Assembly (NCBI GenBank): GCA_963701185.1
Contig: OY969569.1
Coordinates: forward strand, 318,268-382,267
Reading direction: 5' to 3'
Length of the DNA stretch: 64,000 nt
From: Candidatus Gottesmanbacteria bacterium
GTDB taxonomy: Bacteria > Patescibacteriota > Microgenomatia > UBA10105 > UBA927
The notes beneath the pieces are model-generated. The model saw nothing but the letters and a program-made list of their open reading frames with translations, had not been told where the DNA came from and ran no database searches. Made by a program: the position numbers and the translations under genes. Shown one piece after another: positions 38,685 through 49,003 of this stretch. Each line of letters opens with the position of its first letter. Within the stretch, counting starts at the first letter, position 1.

Positions 38685-39692
38685 ATGCAAAATAACCGTA
38701 AACATATCGTGTGTATCGGCGGTGGGACCGGAACATTTGTCGCACTCAAAGGACTGAAACACTCACCCCACCATCTCTCCGCAATCGTCGCCATGAGCGA
38801 CTCCGGCGGCTCAAACAAGCGGATCCGCGATGAATTCGGGCTCCTGCCGACGTCGGACCTGCGTCAATGTCTCGTTGCCCTGTCGGATGAAAACGGCGGC
38901 GCCGGGATATTGCGGAAACTCTTCATGTACCGGTTTGAAAAAGGGCAGGGGATATCCGGCATGACATTTGGAAATCTTTTCATGGCAGCCCTCTCCGATA
39001 TTTTAGGTTCGCAGACGGAAGCAATCCGGGCTACCGGCAAGGTCCTGCGCATCCAGGGAACGGTCATTCCTGTTTCGTTCACCGATACGAATTTGGTCGC
39101 CGAATACGAAAACGGAAAAACCGTCACGGAAGAGCATCTCATTGATGAACCTCCCCATGACGGAACGGTAAAAATATCCCGCGTGTATCTTGCGCCCAAG
39201 GCTGAACCGAATCCTGAGGCATTGGAGGCAATCGCAAAGGCAGATCTTATTGTCCTTGGTCCCGGTGACCTGTACACGAGCGTTATTCCGAACCTCCTCG
39301 TTGCCGGTGTCCCACAGGCGATTGCGGCATCACGCGCCGTGAAAGTGTATGTTGTGAACCTTATGACAAAATTCGGCCAAACCTACGGGTTTACCGCCAA
39401 CGATCACCTACGGACCATCCGGCGGTATGTCGGCAACTGCGTCGACGCCGTCATCATCAATACCGCACCGCTTCATAAACCTGCACTCGCGGTGTATGCC
39501 AAATTTCACGAATTCCCGGTCGTTGATGATTTACTTGCCACGCCGTCACTCGCCATTATACGTGCTGACGTGGCAAGCCGTCAGGTTGCCGCAAAGTCCA
39601 AAAGCGATACCCTTGTACGCAGTCTCATCCGACACGACTCACAAAAACTTGCTACAATACTCCTTAACTATCTTAGTGGGGACACCGTATGA
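38685..39692 (+). CDS. YvcK/CofD-family protein (UPF0052, gluconeogenesis factor-like).
   Basis: The N-terminus is IVCIGGGTGTFVALKGLK and the length is 335 aa. Confidence 0.7.
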   Translation: MQNNRKHIVCIGGGTGTFVALKGLKHSPHHLSAIVAMSDSGGSNKRIRDEFGLLPTSDLRQCLVALSDENGGAGILRKLFMYRFEKGQGISGMTFGNLFMAALSDILGSQTEAIRATGKVLRIQGTVIPVSFTDTNLVAEYENGKTVTEEHLIDEPPHDGTVKISRVYLAPKAEPNPEALEAIAKADLIVLGPGDLYTSVIPNLLVAGVPQAIAASRAVKVYVVNLMTKFGQTYGFTANDHLRTIRRYVGNCVDAVIINTAPLHKPALAVYAKFHEFPVVDDLLATPSLAIIRADVASRQVAAKSKSDTLVRSLIRHDSQKLATILLNYLSGDTV

Positions 39693-39904
39693 AAATCATA
39701 TTACTAAGCCTGCATATCATTATTACCGTTATCCTTATCACGCTCATACTTCTCCAGAACAGCAAGGGGGGCCTGCAAAGCGGTATCGGCGACGGGCAAA
39801 TGTATCGTAGCCGACGGGGAGCGGAGCGCATCGTATTTGTCGGCACCATCCTATTCACAGTTTTGTTTTTCGTGACATCGATCATCAATCTGGTTATCCG
39901 CTAG
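39689..39904 (+). CDS. secG: Preprotein translocase subunit SecG.
   Basis: It is 71 aa with two TM helices and an LLQNSKGGLQSGIG motif. Confidence 0.7.
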   Translation: MKIILLSLHIIITVILITLILLQNSKGGLQSGIGDGQMYRSRRGAERIVFVGTILFTVLFFVTSIINLVIR

Positions 39905-39906
39905 GT

Positions 39907-41250
39907 ATGACACTACTTCGGAAAGGACGGCTGATATTTCTCATCGTACGGGAGTTAGGCCTCAAGTATACCAAGGCACTCGCGCTAGGGTTTGCCAGCG
40001 GCCTCGTTCTGTCACTCGCATTTTTTCGGCTTTTTCCCATTATCAGACAACAGTGGTTTATTCCTGTTGACCGCATCGGCGTGGTCGGGGATTTTACCCC
40101 GGCGACCCTGCCGCTTACCATCCAGGAATATATCAGTGAGGGCCTGACAAACGTGAGGCCGGACGGTACGCTCGGGCCCGGACTTGCAACCAGCTGGACG
40201 GCAACGGACAGCGCTAAAACGTTTATATTCACCCTGCGCCGCGATGCCGTCTGGCACAGCGGCAAAAAAGTCACTGCCGCGGATATCAATTACAACATCC
40301 GCAATGTTGCCTTTTCACCGATCGACCAGTTTACGCTGCGGGCGAATTTGACTGCTCCATACAGCGCATTTCCTGTTGTGGTCGCCAAACCGCTGTTTCT
40401 TAATGCCCTCACCGGATTCGGCGGATACAAGGTATCCAATATTCAGCTCAACGGGAACTCTATCGTGTATCTCAAACTGGTTCCCGTTGACGGCGCCAAC
40501 CAGCATGAACGGGAATACCGGTTCTATACTACCGAAGCCGAAGCTATTCTTGCCTACAAACTGGGAGAAATCAATGAGCTTGATGATTTAACTGCATCCG
40601 GGGATTTGATCGGCTGGGGAACATCCACGGTAACAACAGAGGTCAACTATAACCGGATTATTTCCGTCTATTTCAACGTGACGAACCGACAGCTGGCAGA
40701 TAAGTCCGTGCGTCAGGCGCTCGCGTACGCCATTCCCTATCGGACGGATATGACGCGCGCGTATTCCCCGATCTCAAAAGCCTCCTGGGCATACTCGGAC
40801 AACATTAAAAAATATACGTTTGATATGGCTGCTGCCAAAAAGATTACCGGCACGACCGACGAGGGGTCTCCATCCGCCCACCTGACCATTTCTACATTTG
40901 CCCCCTATCTGTCGGATGCCCAATCCATCGCCGCAAGCTGGACGACCCTTGGCTTCACAACTGACGTCCGTGTGGAAAACAGCATTCCCGACGATTATCA
41001 GGTGCTCTTAAGTGCGCAGGATGTCCCGCCGGACCCGGATCAATATCCCTTGTGGCACAGCACGCAAAAAGAAACCAACATTACCAATTATGCAAACGTC
41101 AAAATAGATAAGCTCCTTGAAGACGGACGGCAGGAAATGGACATCGCCAAAAGGAAAACTATTTACGCCGATTTCCAAAGGTATATCACGGAAGATATTC
41201 CCGCCGCATTTTTATACTACGCCAAATCCGAAACCATCAGACGGCGCTGA
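39907..41250 (+). CDS. ABC transporter substrate-binding protein, family 5 (peptide/nickel-like).
   Basis: There is an N-terminal TM anchor, and the FIFTLRRDAVWHSGKKVTAADINYNI region is typical of SBP_bac_5. Confidence 0.5.
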   Translation: MTLLRKGRLIFLIVRELGLKYTKALALGFASGLVLSLAFFRLFPIIRQQWFIPVDRIGVVGDFTPATLPLTIQEYISEGLTNVRPDGTLGPGLATSWTATDSAKTFIFTLRRDAVWHSGKKVTAADINYNIRNVAFSPIDQFTLRANLTAPYSAFPVVVAKPLFLNALTGFGGYKVSNIQLNGNSIVYLKLVPVDGANQHEREYRFYTTEAEAILAYKLGEINELDDLTASGDLIGWGTSTVTTEVNYNRIISVYFNVTNRQLADKSVRQALAYAIPYRTDMTRAYSPISKASWAYSDNIKKYTFDMAAAKKITGTTDEGSPSAHLTISTFAPYLSDAQSIAASWTTLGFTTDVRVENSIPDDYQVLLSAQDVPPDPDQYPLWHSTQKETNITNYANVKIDKLLEDGRQEMDIAKRKTIYADFQRYITEDIPAAFLYYAKSETIRRR

Positions 41251-41271
41251 CGTGATATACTGATATCGTAC

Positions 41272-42297
41272 ATGAAAACAAAGGCTGTCATTATAGCCAT
41301 TGCTGTTTTAGTGCTGTTAGGCATCGGGGTTGCCGTCCGGATGTCCAAAACGAATGCAACTCAACAACAGATTAAAGCGGCAACCGCCAGACGTGGAACG
41401 TTTACAAAATCTGTCCAGTCTTCCGGCAAAACAAAAGCAGATACATCCGCAGAGCTTAAATTCCAGACTTCCGGAAGATTAGTGTACCTTCCGTTTAAAG
41501 AAGGTGACAGAGTACTGCAGGGTCAGGTTGTTGCTCAGCTGGATCTGGAAAAACTGAAAGCAGATCTCCGGCAGGAAGAACAGGATTTTACAGCGGCGAA
41601 AGCGGCGTCTGAAAAACTCTATAATGATCAAGGAGCGAGTACTGCTGAATCATTTGATCAAAAAGTAAAACGGACAGCAGTCGATGCAACACAAAATAAA
41701 GCATACGACGAGGTGGTGAAAGCCAGGAAAGACATTGGGGACGCGACACTTGTTACGCCGATTACCGGCATTATTTCACATATTGATTCACCGATCGTAG
41801 GAGTTAATATCACGCCCTCAACCTCAACGATAGAAATCGTTGACCCGGAGAGTCTGGTATTTGAAGCCAATATTGATGAAGTCGATGTCGGTGTGTTATC
41901 TCTCGGTCAGAGTGCAAGAATCGCCCTCGATGCATTTCCTGATGCAACATTTTCCGGTACGGTATCCTACATTTCCTACATATCGGAAACATCCGCAGGC
42001 GGGGCAACGGTGTTTCCGGTAAAAGTTGCGTTTGACGAACCGCAAAAACTGCGGATAGGCCTGAACGGGGATGTCACCATTGAAATGACCGCCATACCCA
42101 ACGCGCTCGTGGTGCCCATTGAGGCCATCCGCGAACAGGATTCCGGTAAATTTGTCTACAAAAGAACCGGCGCGTCGTCGTACGCGCTCGTACCGGTTGC
42201 CGTGGGCGAACAGAATGATCGAGACATCGTTATTACCCAAGGACTTTCCGAAGGAGACGTAGTCGTAACCAAAGGTTTCTCTTATGTTGCCAAATGA
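41272..42297 (+). CDS. HlyD-family periplasmic adaptor (MacA-like).
   Basis: It has an N-terminal TM helix, a coiled-coil hairpin and a beta-barrel C-terminus. Confidence 0.7.
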   Translation: MKTKAVIIAIAVLVLLGIGVAVRMSKTNATQQQIKAATARRGTFTKSVQSSGKTKADTSAELKFQTSGRLVYLPFKEGDRVLQGQVVAQLDLEKLKADLRQEEQDFTAAKAASEKLYNDQGASTAESFDQKVKRTAVDATQNKAYDEVVKARKDIGDATLVTPITGIISHIDSPIVGVNITPSTSTIEIVDPESLVFEANIDEVDVGVLSLGQSARIALDAFPDATFSGTVSYISYISETSAGGATVFPVKVAFDEPQKLRIGLNGDVTIEMTAIPNALVVPIEAIREQDSGKFVYKRTGASSYALVPVAVGEQNDRDIVITQGLSEGDVVVTKGFSYVAK

Positions 42298-42973
42298 AAT
42301 ACTCCGGATTACGCATATATCGAAAGAATACCGGATGGACGGGGTTACGTTTACAGCCCTTTCTGACGTCTCTTTAACGATTCGAAAAGGCGAATTCGTC
42401 GCCATCATGGGTCCGTCGGGGTCGGGTAAATCCACGCTCATGCATATCATCGGATGCCTGGATAAACCGACCGCAGGCTCGGTATTTATAGAAGAACACA
42501 AAATATCCATGGCAAGCGAAAAAGAACTTGCCGCCATCCGCAATACGCATATCGGATTCGTGTTTCAGCAGTTTAATTTGCTCAGAAGAACTACCGCACT
42601 TGCGAATGTGGTATTGCCCCTCGTGTACGCGAAAATCCCTGCCAAGGAACGAATTCAGCGGGCCCGCGATATGCTTGCTGAAGTGGGACTTACGGATAAA
42701 TTAGAGAACTTTCCGTCGCAACTTTCAGGCGGCCAGCAGCAACGCGTCGCCATTGCCCGCGCGCTCGTCACCAATCCGACGATTGTTCTGGCTGACGAAC
42801 CGACCGGAAATCTTGACAGTAAATCCGGCGCAGAAATTATGAAGCTGTTGGAGGAATTAAGTAGAAACGGCCGTACTATTGTCGTCGTGACACATGATCC
42901 CGCCGTGGCGGGACACGCCAAACGGATCGTGAAAATTGCAGACGGAGCGATTCTTTCGGATAAAAAATCATGA
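42284..42973 (+). CDS. ABC transporter ATP-binding protein (MacB/LolD type).
   Basis: The motifs are [25 protein letters not shown] and the Walker [10 protein letters not shown]. Confidence 0.9.
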   Translation: MLPNEILRITHISKEYRMDGVTFTALSDVSLTIRKGEFVAIMGPSGSGKSTLMHIIGCLDKPTAGSVFIEEHKISMASEKELAAIRNTHIGFVFQQFNLLRRTTALANVVLPLVYAKIPAKERIQRARDMLAEVGLTDKLENFPSQLSGGQQQRVAIARALVTNPTIVLADEPTGNLDSKSGAEIMKLLEELSRNGRTIVVVTHDPAVAGHAKRIVKIADGAILSDKKS

Positions 42974-44175
42974 ATCTCTACGAATATATAAAACTGGCAT
43001 TTCAGGCTCTGCGGACCAATAAAGTCCGTTCAATCCTCACCATGCTGGGCATTATTATCGGCGTCTCATCTGTTATTCTCCTCGTGTCTATCGGGACGGG
43101 TTTACAAGAATACGTCACAACCCAATTTCAGGCGTTGGGCTCCAATACTATTTTTATCATGCCCGGCAAACTGGATCTGAAAAACATGCAAAGCGCGGGT
43201 GTCGCCATGATGACGGTCAGCAAACTGGAGATTTCCGATGTTGCAGACATCGAGCGCGGCAGTACCGCGATCGCACTTGCCTCACCTGCAGTGGCGGGAC
43301 CGGGCATTATCACCTACCGCGGAAAAACAATAAGCACAGAGCTGGCAGGTATCTGGGAAAATTATTTTCAGATTATGAACTTCACGCCGGTAAGCGGTGA
43401 TTTAATCCGCCAGAATGATGTGGAGCGCTCCCGTAAGGTCATTGTTCTGGGTGACAAACCGGCAACAGACCTTTTCGGAGATTCAGACCCGGTAGGTTCG
43501 TATGTTACGCTCGGCGGCGTCCGGTATCTGGTCAAGGGAAGGCTGACTCCGAAGGGAAGCGGCGGAGCCCTCGGTGCAAATATTGACGACCACGCGTTTA
43601 TCCCGTATACGACGGCTCTGCGGCAGTTTAACCAGACCAATCCGTATATGATCGCCGTAAAAACATTAAACCAGTCCGATGTGGAGCAGGCATCGGCGGA
43701 TATTAACCGCGTCTTACTGCGGCGGCTCAAAGCGGATGATTTTACCGTCATGAAGCAAACCGACCTTCTCAACACCATTACCCAATTTTTAAGTGTCATT
43801 ACCGTCGCCCTCGGCGGGATCGCGGCCATATCGCTTTTAGTCGGCGGCATCGGCATCATGAACATCATGTTGGTATCGGTGACGGAACGGACCCGCGAAA
43901 TAGGATTGCGCAAAGCCGTCGGGGCGACCCCGCAGGATATCATGGGACAATTCTTGATCGAAGCCGTCATTTTAAGCTTATTCGGAGGCATTATCGGCAT
44001 CACCATCGGCACACTTGGGTCACTGGCATTAAACGCCGTCATCAAAACGTATGTGACCGCATGGAGCATATTTCTGGCGTCCGGATTCTCTGCGCTTATC
44101 GGGATTATCTTCGGTGTTGCCCCGGCTGTCCGCGCCGCACGTCTGGACCCCATCGAGGCCCTGAGGTACGAATAA
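42970..44175 (+). CDS. ABC transporter permease, FtsX/MacB family.
   Basis: It has MacB_PCD-like N-terminal periplasmic domain followed by FtsX TM helices. The length is 401 aa. Confidence 0.85.
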   Translation: MNLYEYIKLAFQALRTNKVRSILTMLGIIIGVSSVILLVSIGTGLQEYVTTQFQALGSNTIFIMPGKLDLKNMQSAGVAMMTVSKLEISDVADIERGSTAIALASPAVAGPGIITYRGKTISTELAGIWENYFQIMNFTPVSGDLIRQNDVERSRKVIVLGDKPATDLFGDSDPVGSYVTLGGVRYLVKGRLTPKGSGGALGANIDDHAFIPYTTALRQFNQTNPYMIAVKTLNQSDVEQASADINRVLLRRLKADDFTVMKQTDLLNTITQFLSVITVALGGIAAISLLVGGIGIMNIMLVSVTERTREIGLRKAVGATPQDIMGQFLIEAVILSLFGGIIGITIGTLGSLALNAVIKTYVTAWSIFLASGFSALIGIIFGVAPAVRAARLDPIEALRYE

Positions 44176-44177
44176 TA

Positions 44178-44630
44178 TTACTTCACGATCTTTACAATAA
44201 TAATGGAGGTTAGCAGCAATACGACAAATGAGCTGATAAACCACCAGCCAAGGAGCGCCAGCGGCACGTTAAATAAGAGATAGACCGGCAGGGTAAAGAA
44301 TATAAACGATGTGGAGACTAAAACATCAGCAAAAAACGTCGACCGGTGCCAAAACCCCTTCGGCAAATAATCCTTGAGATAATAATAAATGATTGCAAGG
44401 GCCATGCCGCCGGCAAACGTAAGAATCATCGAGGTAACCATAAACTCAAACGGCGGCGGACCGGCTACGGGCATCAGACTCTTGCTCCACGCGCCGAAAT
44501 ATTGCGGCATCATATAATATTTCAGAGTCCACACAACCTCCATCTGCCGCACAACAGTCGCGATAATCGTATACAGAAAAGCAATAAGAAGCACTTTTCC
44601 CCAATGAATTTTGCTAATCCATTTAATCAT
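44178..44630 (-). CDS. Hypothetical membrane protein.
   Basis: It is 150 aa with about four TM helices and no motif. Confidence 0.35.
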   Translation of the reverse strand: MIKWISKIHWGKVLLIAFLYTIIATVVRQMEVVWTLKYYMMPQYFGAWSKSLMPVAGPPPFEFMVTSMILTFAGGMALAIIYYYLKDYLPKGFWHRSTFFADVLVSTSFIFFTLPVYLLFNVPLALLGWWFISSFVVLLLTSIIIVKIVK

Positions 44631-44881
44631 ATGCCCTCCTTCTTATCCTTCAGATGATAGGACTCTCGTATCCAACGGAGGAGTTCTTCATCTATTTCTT
44701 TTATTGTAGCGATATCAATACAATTTTTAAAGTATTTACTTGATATGGGGACGCATTGATTGATTCTGGGGGATCCCAGTTTCCTGTCAAAAGAAAATCT
44801 AATTTCCAGCCTGTCTTTTTTCGGGAGTGTTGCTAAAAAACGGTTCTCATCCAAAATCTCATTATGTTTCGTCAAACACAC
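44627..44881 (-). CDS. Hypothetical protein.
   Basis: It is an 84-aa ORF that contains a degenerate REP-like hairpin, gataggactctcgtatc, at 44656-44672. Confidence 0.2.
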   Translation of the reverse strand: MCLTKHNEILDENRFLATLPKKDRLEIRFSFDRKLGSPRINQCVPISSKYFKNCIDIATIKEIDEELLRWIRESYHLKDKKEGI

Positions 44882-44905
44882 AAAAGGTGTGTTTGCCGAA
44901 TCATG

Positions 44906-44976
44906 CTGGGAGACTAGGATTCGAACCTAGATTCCAAGATCCAAAGTCTTGTGTCCTACCGTTGAACGATCTCCCA
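44906..44976 (-). tRNA. tRNA-Gln (anticodon TTG).
   Basis: Reading the minus strand, the acceptor is TGGGAGA/TCTCCCA, the anticodon loop is CTTTGGA and the T-arm is GGTTCGAATCC. Confidence 0.8.
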
Positions 44977-44986
44977 AATTATTTTG

Positions 44987-45058
44987 AGCGGCGTACGGGA
45001 ATTGAACCCGTTACCTTCTCCTTGGCAAGGAGACATTCTACCGGTGAACTAACGCCGC
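44987..45058 (-). tRNA. tRNA-Gly (anticodon GCC).
   Basis: The acceptor is GCGGCGT/ACGCCGC, the anticodon loop is TTGCCAA and the T-arm is GGGTTCAATTCCC. Confidence 0.85.
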
Positions 45059-45072
45059 ACCATTAAACGCGG

Positions 45073-45145
45073 TGCCGAGACTAGGAGTTGCACCCAGATA
45101 ACATGTTTTTCAGACATGCGCCTTGACTACCTCGGCCATCTCGGC
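45073..45145 (-). tRNA. tRNA-Phe-like (anticodon GAA), atypical and possibly degenerate.
   Basis: The acceptor is GCCGAGA/TCTCGGC with discriminator A. The anticodon stem-loop is CATGT-CTGAAAA-ACATG. It has a non-canonical 3-bp D-stem with an 11-nt loop, and a T-loop TGCAACT with G at position 55. Confidence 0.45.
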
Positions 45146-45149
45146 AATC
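45124..45149. repeat. Direct repeat, copy A: the first 22 nt of the Phe-like tRNA plus 4 nt of leader.
   Basis: The sequence tgactacctcggccatctcggc+aatc recurs at 45218-45246 with a GGC insertion. Confidence 0.75.
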
Positions 45150-45217
45150 GAAAATCCATTGTTGTCTCTATTATTTAGTTGTATCTCGCGCAAGCTGCCG
45201 CTTCGCCTTGTCCCGCA

Positions 45218-45246
45218 AGGGGACTCGTGACTACCTCGGCCATCTC
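45218..45246. repeat. Direct repeat, copy B, of the Phe-like tRNA 5' segment.
   Basis: The sequence is tgactacctcggccatctcggcGGCaatc, 72 bp from copy A. Confidence 0.75.
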
Positions 45247-45289
45247 GGCGGCAATCCGTATTTTCTCGTATTTTACGATATTTAGCAAG

Positions 45290-45315
45290 CTGAACACATA
45301 AAGACCGGAGGTAAA
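45290..45315 (-). terminator. Hairpin terminator downstream of the minus-strand gene 45345-46028.
   Basis: It is an aaagaccgg/ccggtcttt stem with an 8-nt loop, U-rich on the minus strand. Confidence 0.4.
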
Positions 45316-45344
45316 TCCGGTCTTTATGGTAAAAAGCGCAACGG

Positions 45345-46028
45345 TTACGGATTTATTTGCGTCGAAATATCATAAAAACGCAATTGTACGAGCTTTAATC
45401 CACTATTATCGTAGTTCCAATAATAATCTTTCAAAGCATCGTTGAACAAATTGTACCGTTCAACCGCTCCGTCACCGTTTATGTCTGCATAGATATACAG
45501 CAGTATGCTGCTCACATTGGTAAATTTACTGCCACCGGTATTTCGTACCATCAACATGGATTGCACAGAACACCATAATTCACCTGTGGTCGGATCTGTG
45601 GCACAGGGCGTTGTTGTCGATTTCCCACCCGGCTTACCGAGAGCGCGCGCCCACACGGAATATGTCGTGACCCCGTCATTTGTGGGATCGGGATTGGGCA
45701 ACTGAAACGATGCGCCGTTGTCGTCAGTACAATTTCCGTCGATCACCGCAAAATCTCCTTCTTTCAGACCAATTTTACAGTTCCCCTGTAACGGAACAAA
45801 TATTCTGTGCCCCTGACTACCGGTCATATCAGCAGTTTTTCCTTTTGGTACACCTATAATATTTAAATTGTAATGCGCACCTGCAGGCGCGTTGTTGCCC
45901 GCTCTTGCCCGCATTTCCGTCGATTTAATATAGGCATTGAAGTACCAAATGAATCCGAGAATGACAAGAAGTGTGATTCCTAAGAAATACCATGTGCGAC
46001 TATCGTAACTTATTGTCTTACGAGCCAT
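45345..46028 (-). CDS. Membrane-anchored secreted hypothetical protein.
   Basis: It has an N-terminal TM helix and a Cys-containing extracellular domain, with no motif. Confidence 0.35.
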   Translation of the reverse strand: MARKTISYDSRTWYFLGITLLVILGFIWYFNAYIKSTEMRARAGNNAPAGAHYNLNIIGVPKGKTADMTGSQGHRIFVPLQGNCKIGLKEGDFAVIDGNCTDDNGASFQLPNPDPTNDGVTTYSVWARALGKPGGKSTTTPCATDPTTGELWCSVQSMLMVRNTGGSKFTNVSSILLYIYADINGDGAVERYNLFNDALKDYYWNYDNSGLKLVQLRFYDISTQINP

Positions 46029-46123
46029 TTGTATTCACCTCCTCTCCTATACTCTCTACTAGTAGTCTGAGAAATATATGAGAGAAAGTCAAGAGCAGCG
46101 TCTTCTGTTATAATCTGTTAATT

Positions 46124-47152
46124 ATGCACAATACATTGCATCCGCTTTCCGTTGCGATTTTATACTACGCCGGAACGCACGAAGATGATGAAGACACCAT
46201 TGCCGGCGTCAAAGGAATAGAGGAGTCTCTCAAACGCACAGGACATCCGGTTACAAAAATCATCGTTACAAAACAAAATTGGAAACAAGCTCTTACGACG
46301 CCGGGCGATGTTGTGTTTAACTTTGTTGAAGACGACACGTGGGAACTGTACGAAAAAGTGGCGTTCGGTTTGGAACGATTGGGGAGAGCCCAAGTCGGAC
46401 ATGATATTGCAGGTCTCCCGTATGCCGTCCGCAAATCTCCGATGAAACTCCTGATGCAAAAAATGCATATCGCGACGCCGGACTTTACAATTTTTTCCGC
46501 ACATTCCAAAACGATTGATCAGGGCAGTCTCCGATTTCCGATCATCATTAAACCATGCAATCAACACGCAGGAATCGGTATTTCCCAGGAATCAGTTGTC
46601 ACCAATAAAGACGACTTGGAAAAAAAGGTGAAGCAGAGTATTCGGATATACTCGGGTGAGGTGATTGCCGAAGAATATATACAGGGTCGGGAAATTCATG
46701 TCACGATACTCGGGAACGGCACCCGCCTCACCGTACTTCCATACTGTGAAGTAGCATTCAGCGGAAAATTTAAAAATCACTGGAACGTATATACGTATGA
46801 CGCCAAATGGGCCAAAAAAACATGGGAATATGCCGATGCCAGGGTGTGTGCGCCTGCAAAAATTTCTTCAGATCTTCAAAAAAAAATTAAAATGCTCGCC
46901 GTATTTGCGTACCGTACGTTCACATGCCGCGACATCGCGCGGTTTGATGTCCGGGTTGATGAAAAAGACACTCCGTTTCTCGTGGACATCAACATGAACC
47001 CCAGCATCAACGTTTATGATGATCAGGATGCCACAATCACCTCGATATACGCCCGCGGCTGGACGTACGATCAGTTCATCGAAAAACTTCTTGCCATAAC
47101 ATACGAACGCGTGTATGGCAGTCAATTGAAAGACAACCTGTTAAGGAAATAA
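46124..47152 (+). CDS. ATP-grasp enzyme of the D-alanine--D-alanine ligase family.
   Basis: The ATP-grasp motifs are PIIIKPCNQHAGIGIS and EEYIQGREIHVTILGN. Confidence 0.55.
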   Translation: MHNTLHPLSVAILYYAGTHEDDEDTIAGVKGIEESLKRTGHPVTKIIVTKQNWKQALTTPGDVVFNFVEDDTWELYEKVAFGLERLGRAQVGHDIAGLPYAVRKSPMKLLMQKMHIATPDFTIFSAHSKTIDQGSLRFPIIIKPCNQHAGIGISQESVVTNKDDLEKKVKQSIRIYSGEVIAEEYIQGREIHVTILGNGTRLTVLPYCEVAFSGKFKNHWNVYTYDAKWAKKTWEYADARVCAPAKISSDLQKKIKMLAVFAYRTFTCRDIARFDVRVDEKDTPFLVDINMNPSINVYDDQDATITSIYARGWTYDQFIEKLLAITYERVYGSQLKDNLLRK

Positions 47153-47469
47153 ATACCCACACTGATGACGAGCACCCAGAAAACTGCCTGAACATTGAGC
47201 AGTTCTTTTACCGGAGTTTTTGAGGCCAAACCGGCGACAAAATAGCCAAAAATCGCACTCCCGCCAGCCCAGATAGGGATAAACAACCGGAGCGTCTGTC
47301 CGCGGTCCTGAAGTTTAAAAATAAAAATCCACACAAGGACGGCAGCAACGACGGCATACACGAAAAACGCCGCATTTTTATGATGGCTCTCCACATACCG
47401 CTGGTAAAAAATATACGCCAGCGTGTCGGCAAAAAACGATGCGGCAAACAAAAGTATAGTATCTCGCAT
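47122..47469 (-). CDS. Small hypothetical membrane protein.
   Basis: It is 115 aa with four hydrophobic helices. Confidence 0.3.
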   Translation of the reverse strand: MRDTILLFAASFFADTLAYIFYQRYVESHHKNAAFFVYAVVAAVLVWIFIFKLQDRGQTLRLFIPIWAGGSAIFGYFVAGLASKTPVKELLNVQAVFWVLVISVGIYFLNRLSFN

Positions 47470-47472
47470 GGG

Positions 47473-47544
47473 TGCCCGCTGAGGGATTTGAACCCCCGAC
47501 CACTCGCATGTAAAGCGAATGCTCTACCGCTGAGCTAAGCGGGC
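47473..47544 (-). tRNA. tRNA-Val (anticodon TAC).
   Basis: The acceptor is GCCCGCT/AGCGGGC, the D-arm is TAGCTCAGCGGTAGAGC, the anticodon loop is TTTACAT and the T-arm is GGGTTCAAATCCC. Confidence 0.85.
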
Positions 47545-47704
47545 AGAAATCTTCTTGTGCACTCAATGATGTGCAGCTTGAACACATTATACACGGAATG
47601 GATGGGTTTAGACAAAGGTACTTAGCCTTGTTTGACCGTGTAGGGTAAACGACGATTCTATTGCTTTATGCCTCAAAACAGTATAAATTACCTATCGCTG
47701 CCCA

Positions 47705-48643
47705 TTGAACATGGTAATACAGTCAAAAAAGGTCTGGGCTAAGGTTTCTTCAGTTTTTCCTTTTGTTAAACGAAACGCCACGCTTGTTGGGGTTCTAGCG
47801 TTTATTAGCTTGATGCAAGCCTTTAATTTTTGGAATCCAATCTTGAATTGGATTGGTAATATCCTATTTGAATTCCAAAAGGTCATTATTGCTCCATGGA
47901 TATCACCATTTGGCATATGGTTTTTCGTTTTTGTAGTAATAGCGATATTAGTTTATCGTGTGTCTAAGGATCATGGGTATTTGAGAAAAGTCGCCGGAGA
48001 ATTTTACGATGATTTTGAAACTGGTCTATGCAAATGGGATTACAAAGGCGATTGGTTTGTAGAGGAGGAAAATGGTAAACGACTACTAAGCGTTGCTAAT
48101 TCTGGAATTGGAGGATTCACGAAGAAAGGATTTAACTGGACTGATTATGAATTTAGCTTTGAAACAAAGGTTATTAAAATTGCATCCGGTTGGGTAATAA
48201 GAGCAAATGCCAGCGATTATTTTATGGTGCAATTATATTTGAATGGTGATTCTGCCTACGTTTATAAACTAAGACCTCATTATCACAAACTTGAAGGAGG
48301 AACAGAAATTTGGCTACCTGAAGACAACAACTCCGTAGATTTGTCTAAAATAGCACTAGAAAAGGAAATAAAATTACTCCAATGGGTCAAAGTTAAAATT
48401 ACCGTTGAGGGCAATCAAGTAGATATTTATCTTGATGGAAAACACGCTTTACACTATTTAATTACTACGGTTGGGGTATCAATAAGCAAAAAATTTACGC
48501 TCAAAGACAATTTAGGAAAAGAATTTGAAGCCACCACAAGTGAAGTTGTCCTTTTGGGCAGCAATGCCGCAGGTAGGGTAGGTTTTAGATGTGGAGATGG
48601 AGAACATGCACATTTTAGAAATATAAAGGTTAAACCACTATAA
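47705..48643 (+). CDS. Membrane-anchored DUF1080 (3-keto-disaccharide hydrolase/LamG-like) domain protein.
   Basis: It has N-terminal TM helices, and the C-terminus ends ...GFRCGDGEHAHFRNIKVKPL as in DUF1080. Confidence 0.5.
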   Translation: MNMVIQSKKVWAKVSSVFPFVKRNATLVGVLAFISLMQAFNFWNPILNWIGNILFEFQKVIIAPWISPFGIWFFVFVVIAILVYRVSKDHGYLRKVAGEFYDDFETGLCKWDYKGDWFVEEENGKRLLSVANSGIGGFTKKGFNWTDYEFSFETKVIKIASGWVIRANASDYFMVQLYLNGDSAYVYKLRPHYHKLEGGTEIWLPEDNNSVDLSKIALEKEIKLLQWVKVKITVEGNQVDIYLDGKHALHYLITTVGVSISKKFTLKDNLGKEFEATTSEVVLLGSNAAGRVGFRCGDGEHAHFRNIKVKPL

Positions 48644-48672
48644 ATTCATCACAACAGCTTACGAAGAATTAG

Positions 48673-48885
48673 TCACTTCAACTTCATCAACTCATCCAGT
48701 CGGATGCCTAGCACACGAGCGATTTTGGCGATGATTTTCAGTGTTGGGTTCCGTTTACCGCCCTCAATCCGGTTAAGGTAGGAAAAATCAATCCCTGCTC
48801 TTTCAGCAAGTTTTTCTTGAGTTACCCCCTTGGACCTTCGGATTTTCCGGAGCTTCATTCCGAATTTTTGTACTACCGTAGCCAT
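48673..48885 (-). CDS. XRE-family helix-turn-helix transcriptional regulator.
   Basis: The HTH is GVTQEKLAERAGIDFSYLNRIEGGKRNPTL. Confidence 0.85.
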   Translation of the reverse strand: MATVVQKFGMKLRKIRRSKGVTQEKLAERAGIDFSYLNRIEGGKRNPTLKIIAKIARVLGIRLDELMKLK

Positions 48886-49003
48886 GACTTGATTATGGTC
48901 AATTGACGCCGCGGAGTTTATTGTTTATAGTCAATATTATGAGGCTATGGTATATTCAGATTATTGACTCTAATAGGATGTTTGTGTCTGACAACTAATT
49001 AAT

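Noticed and set aside
43368-44153. A 261-aa minus-strand ORF.
   Set aside because: It is antisense within the FtsX permease gene.
45146-45217. The spacer between the two tRNA 5'-segment repeats as a tRNA intron or a second complete tRNA.
   Set aside because: I could not fold it into a cloverleaf with copy B as the 5' half. It has no anticodon or T-arm equivalents, only a short ccttg/caagg hairpin.
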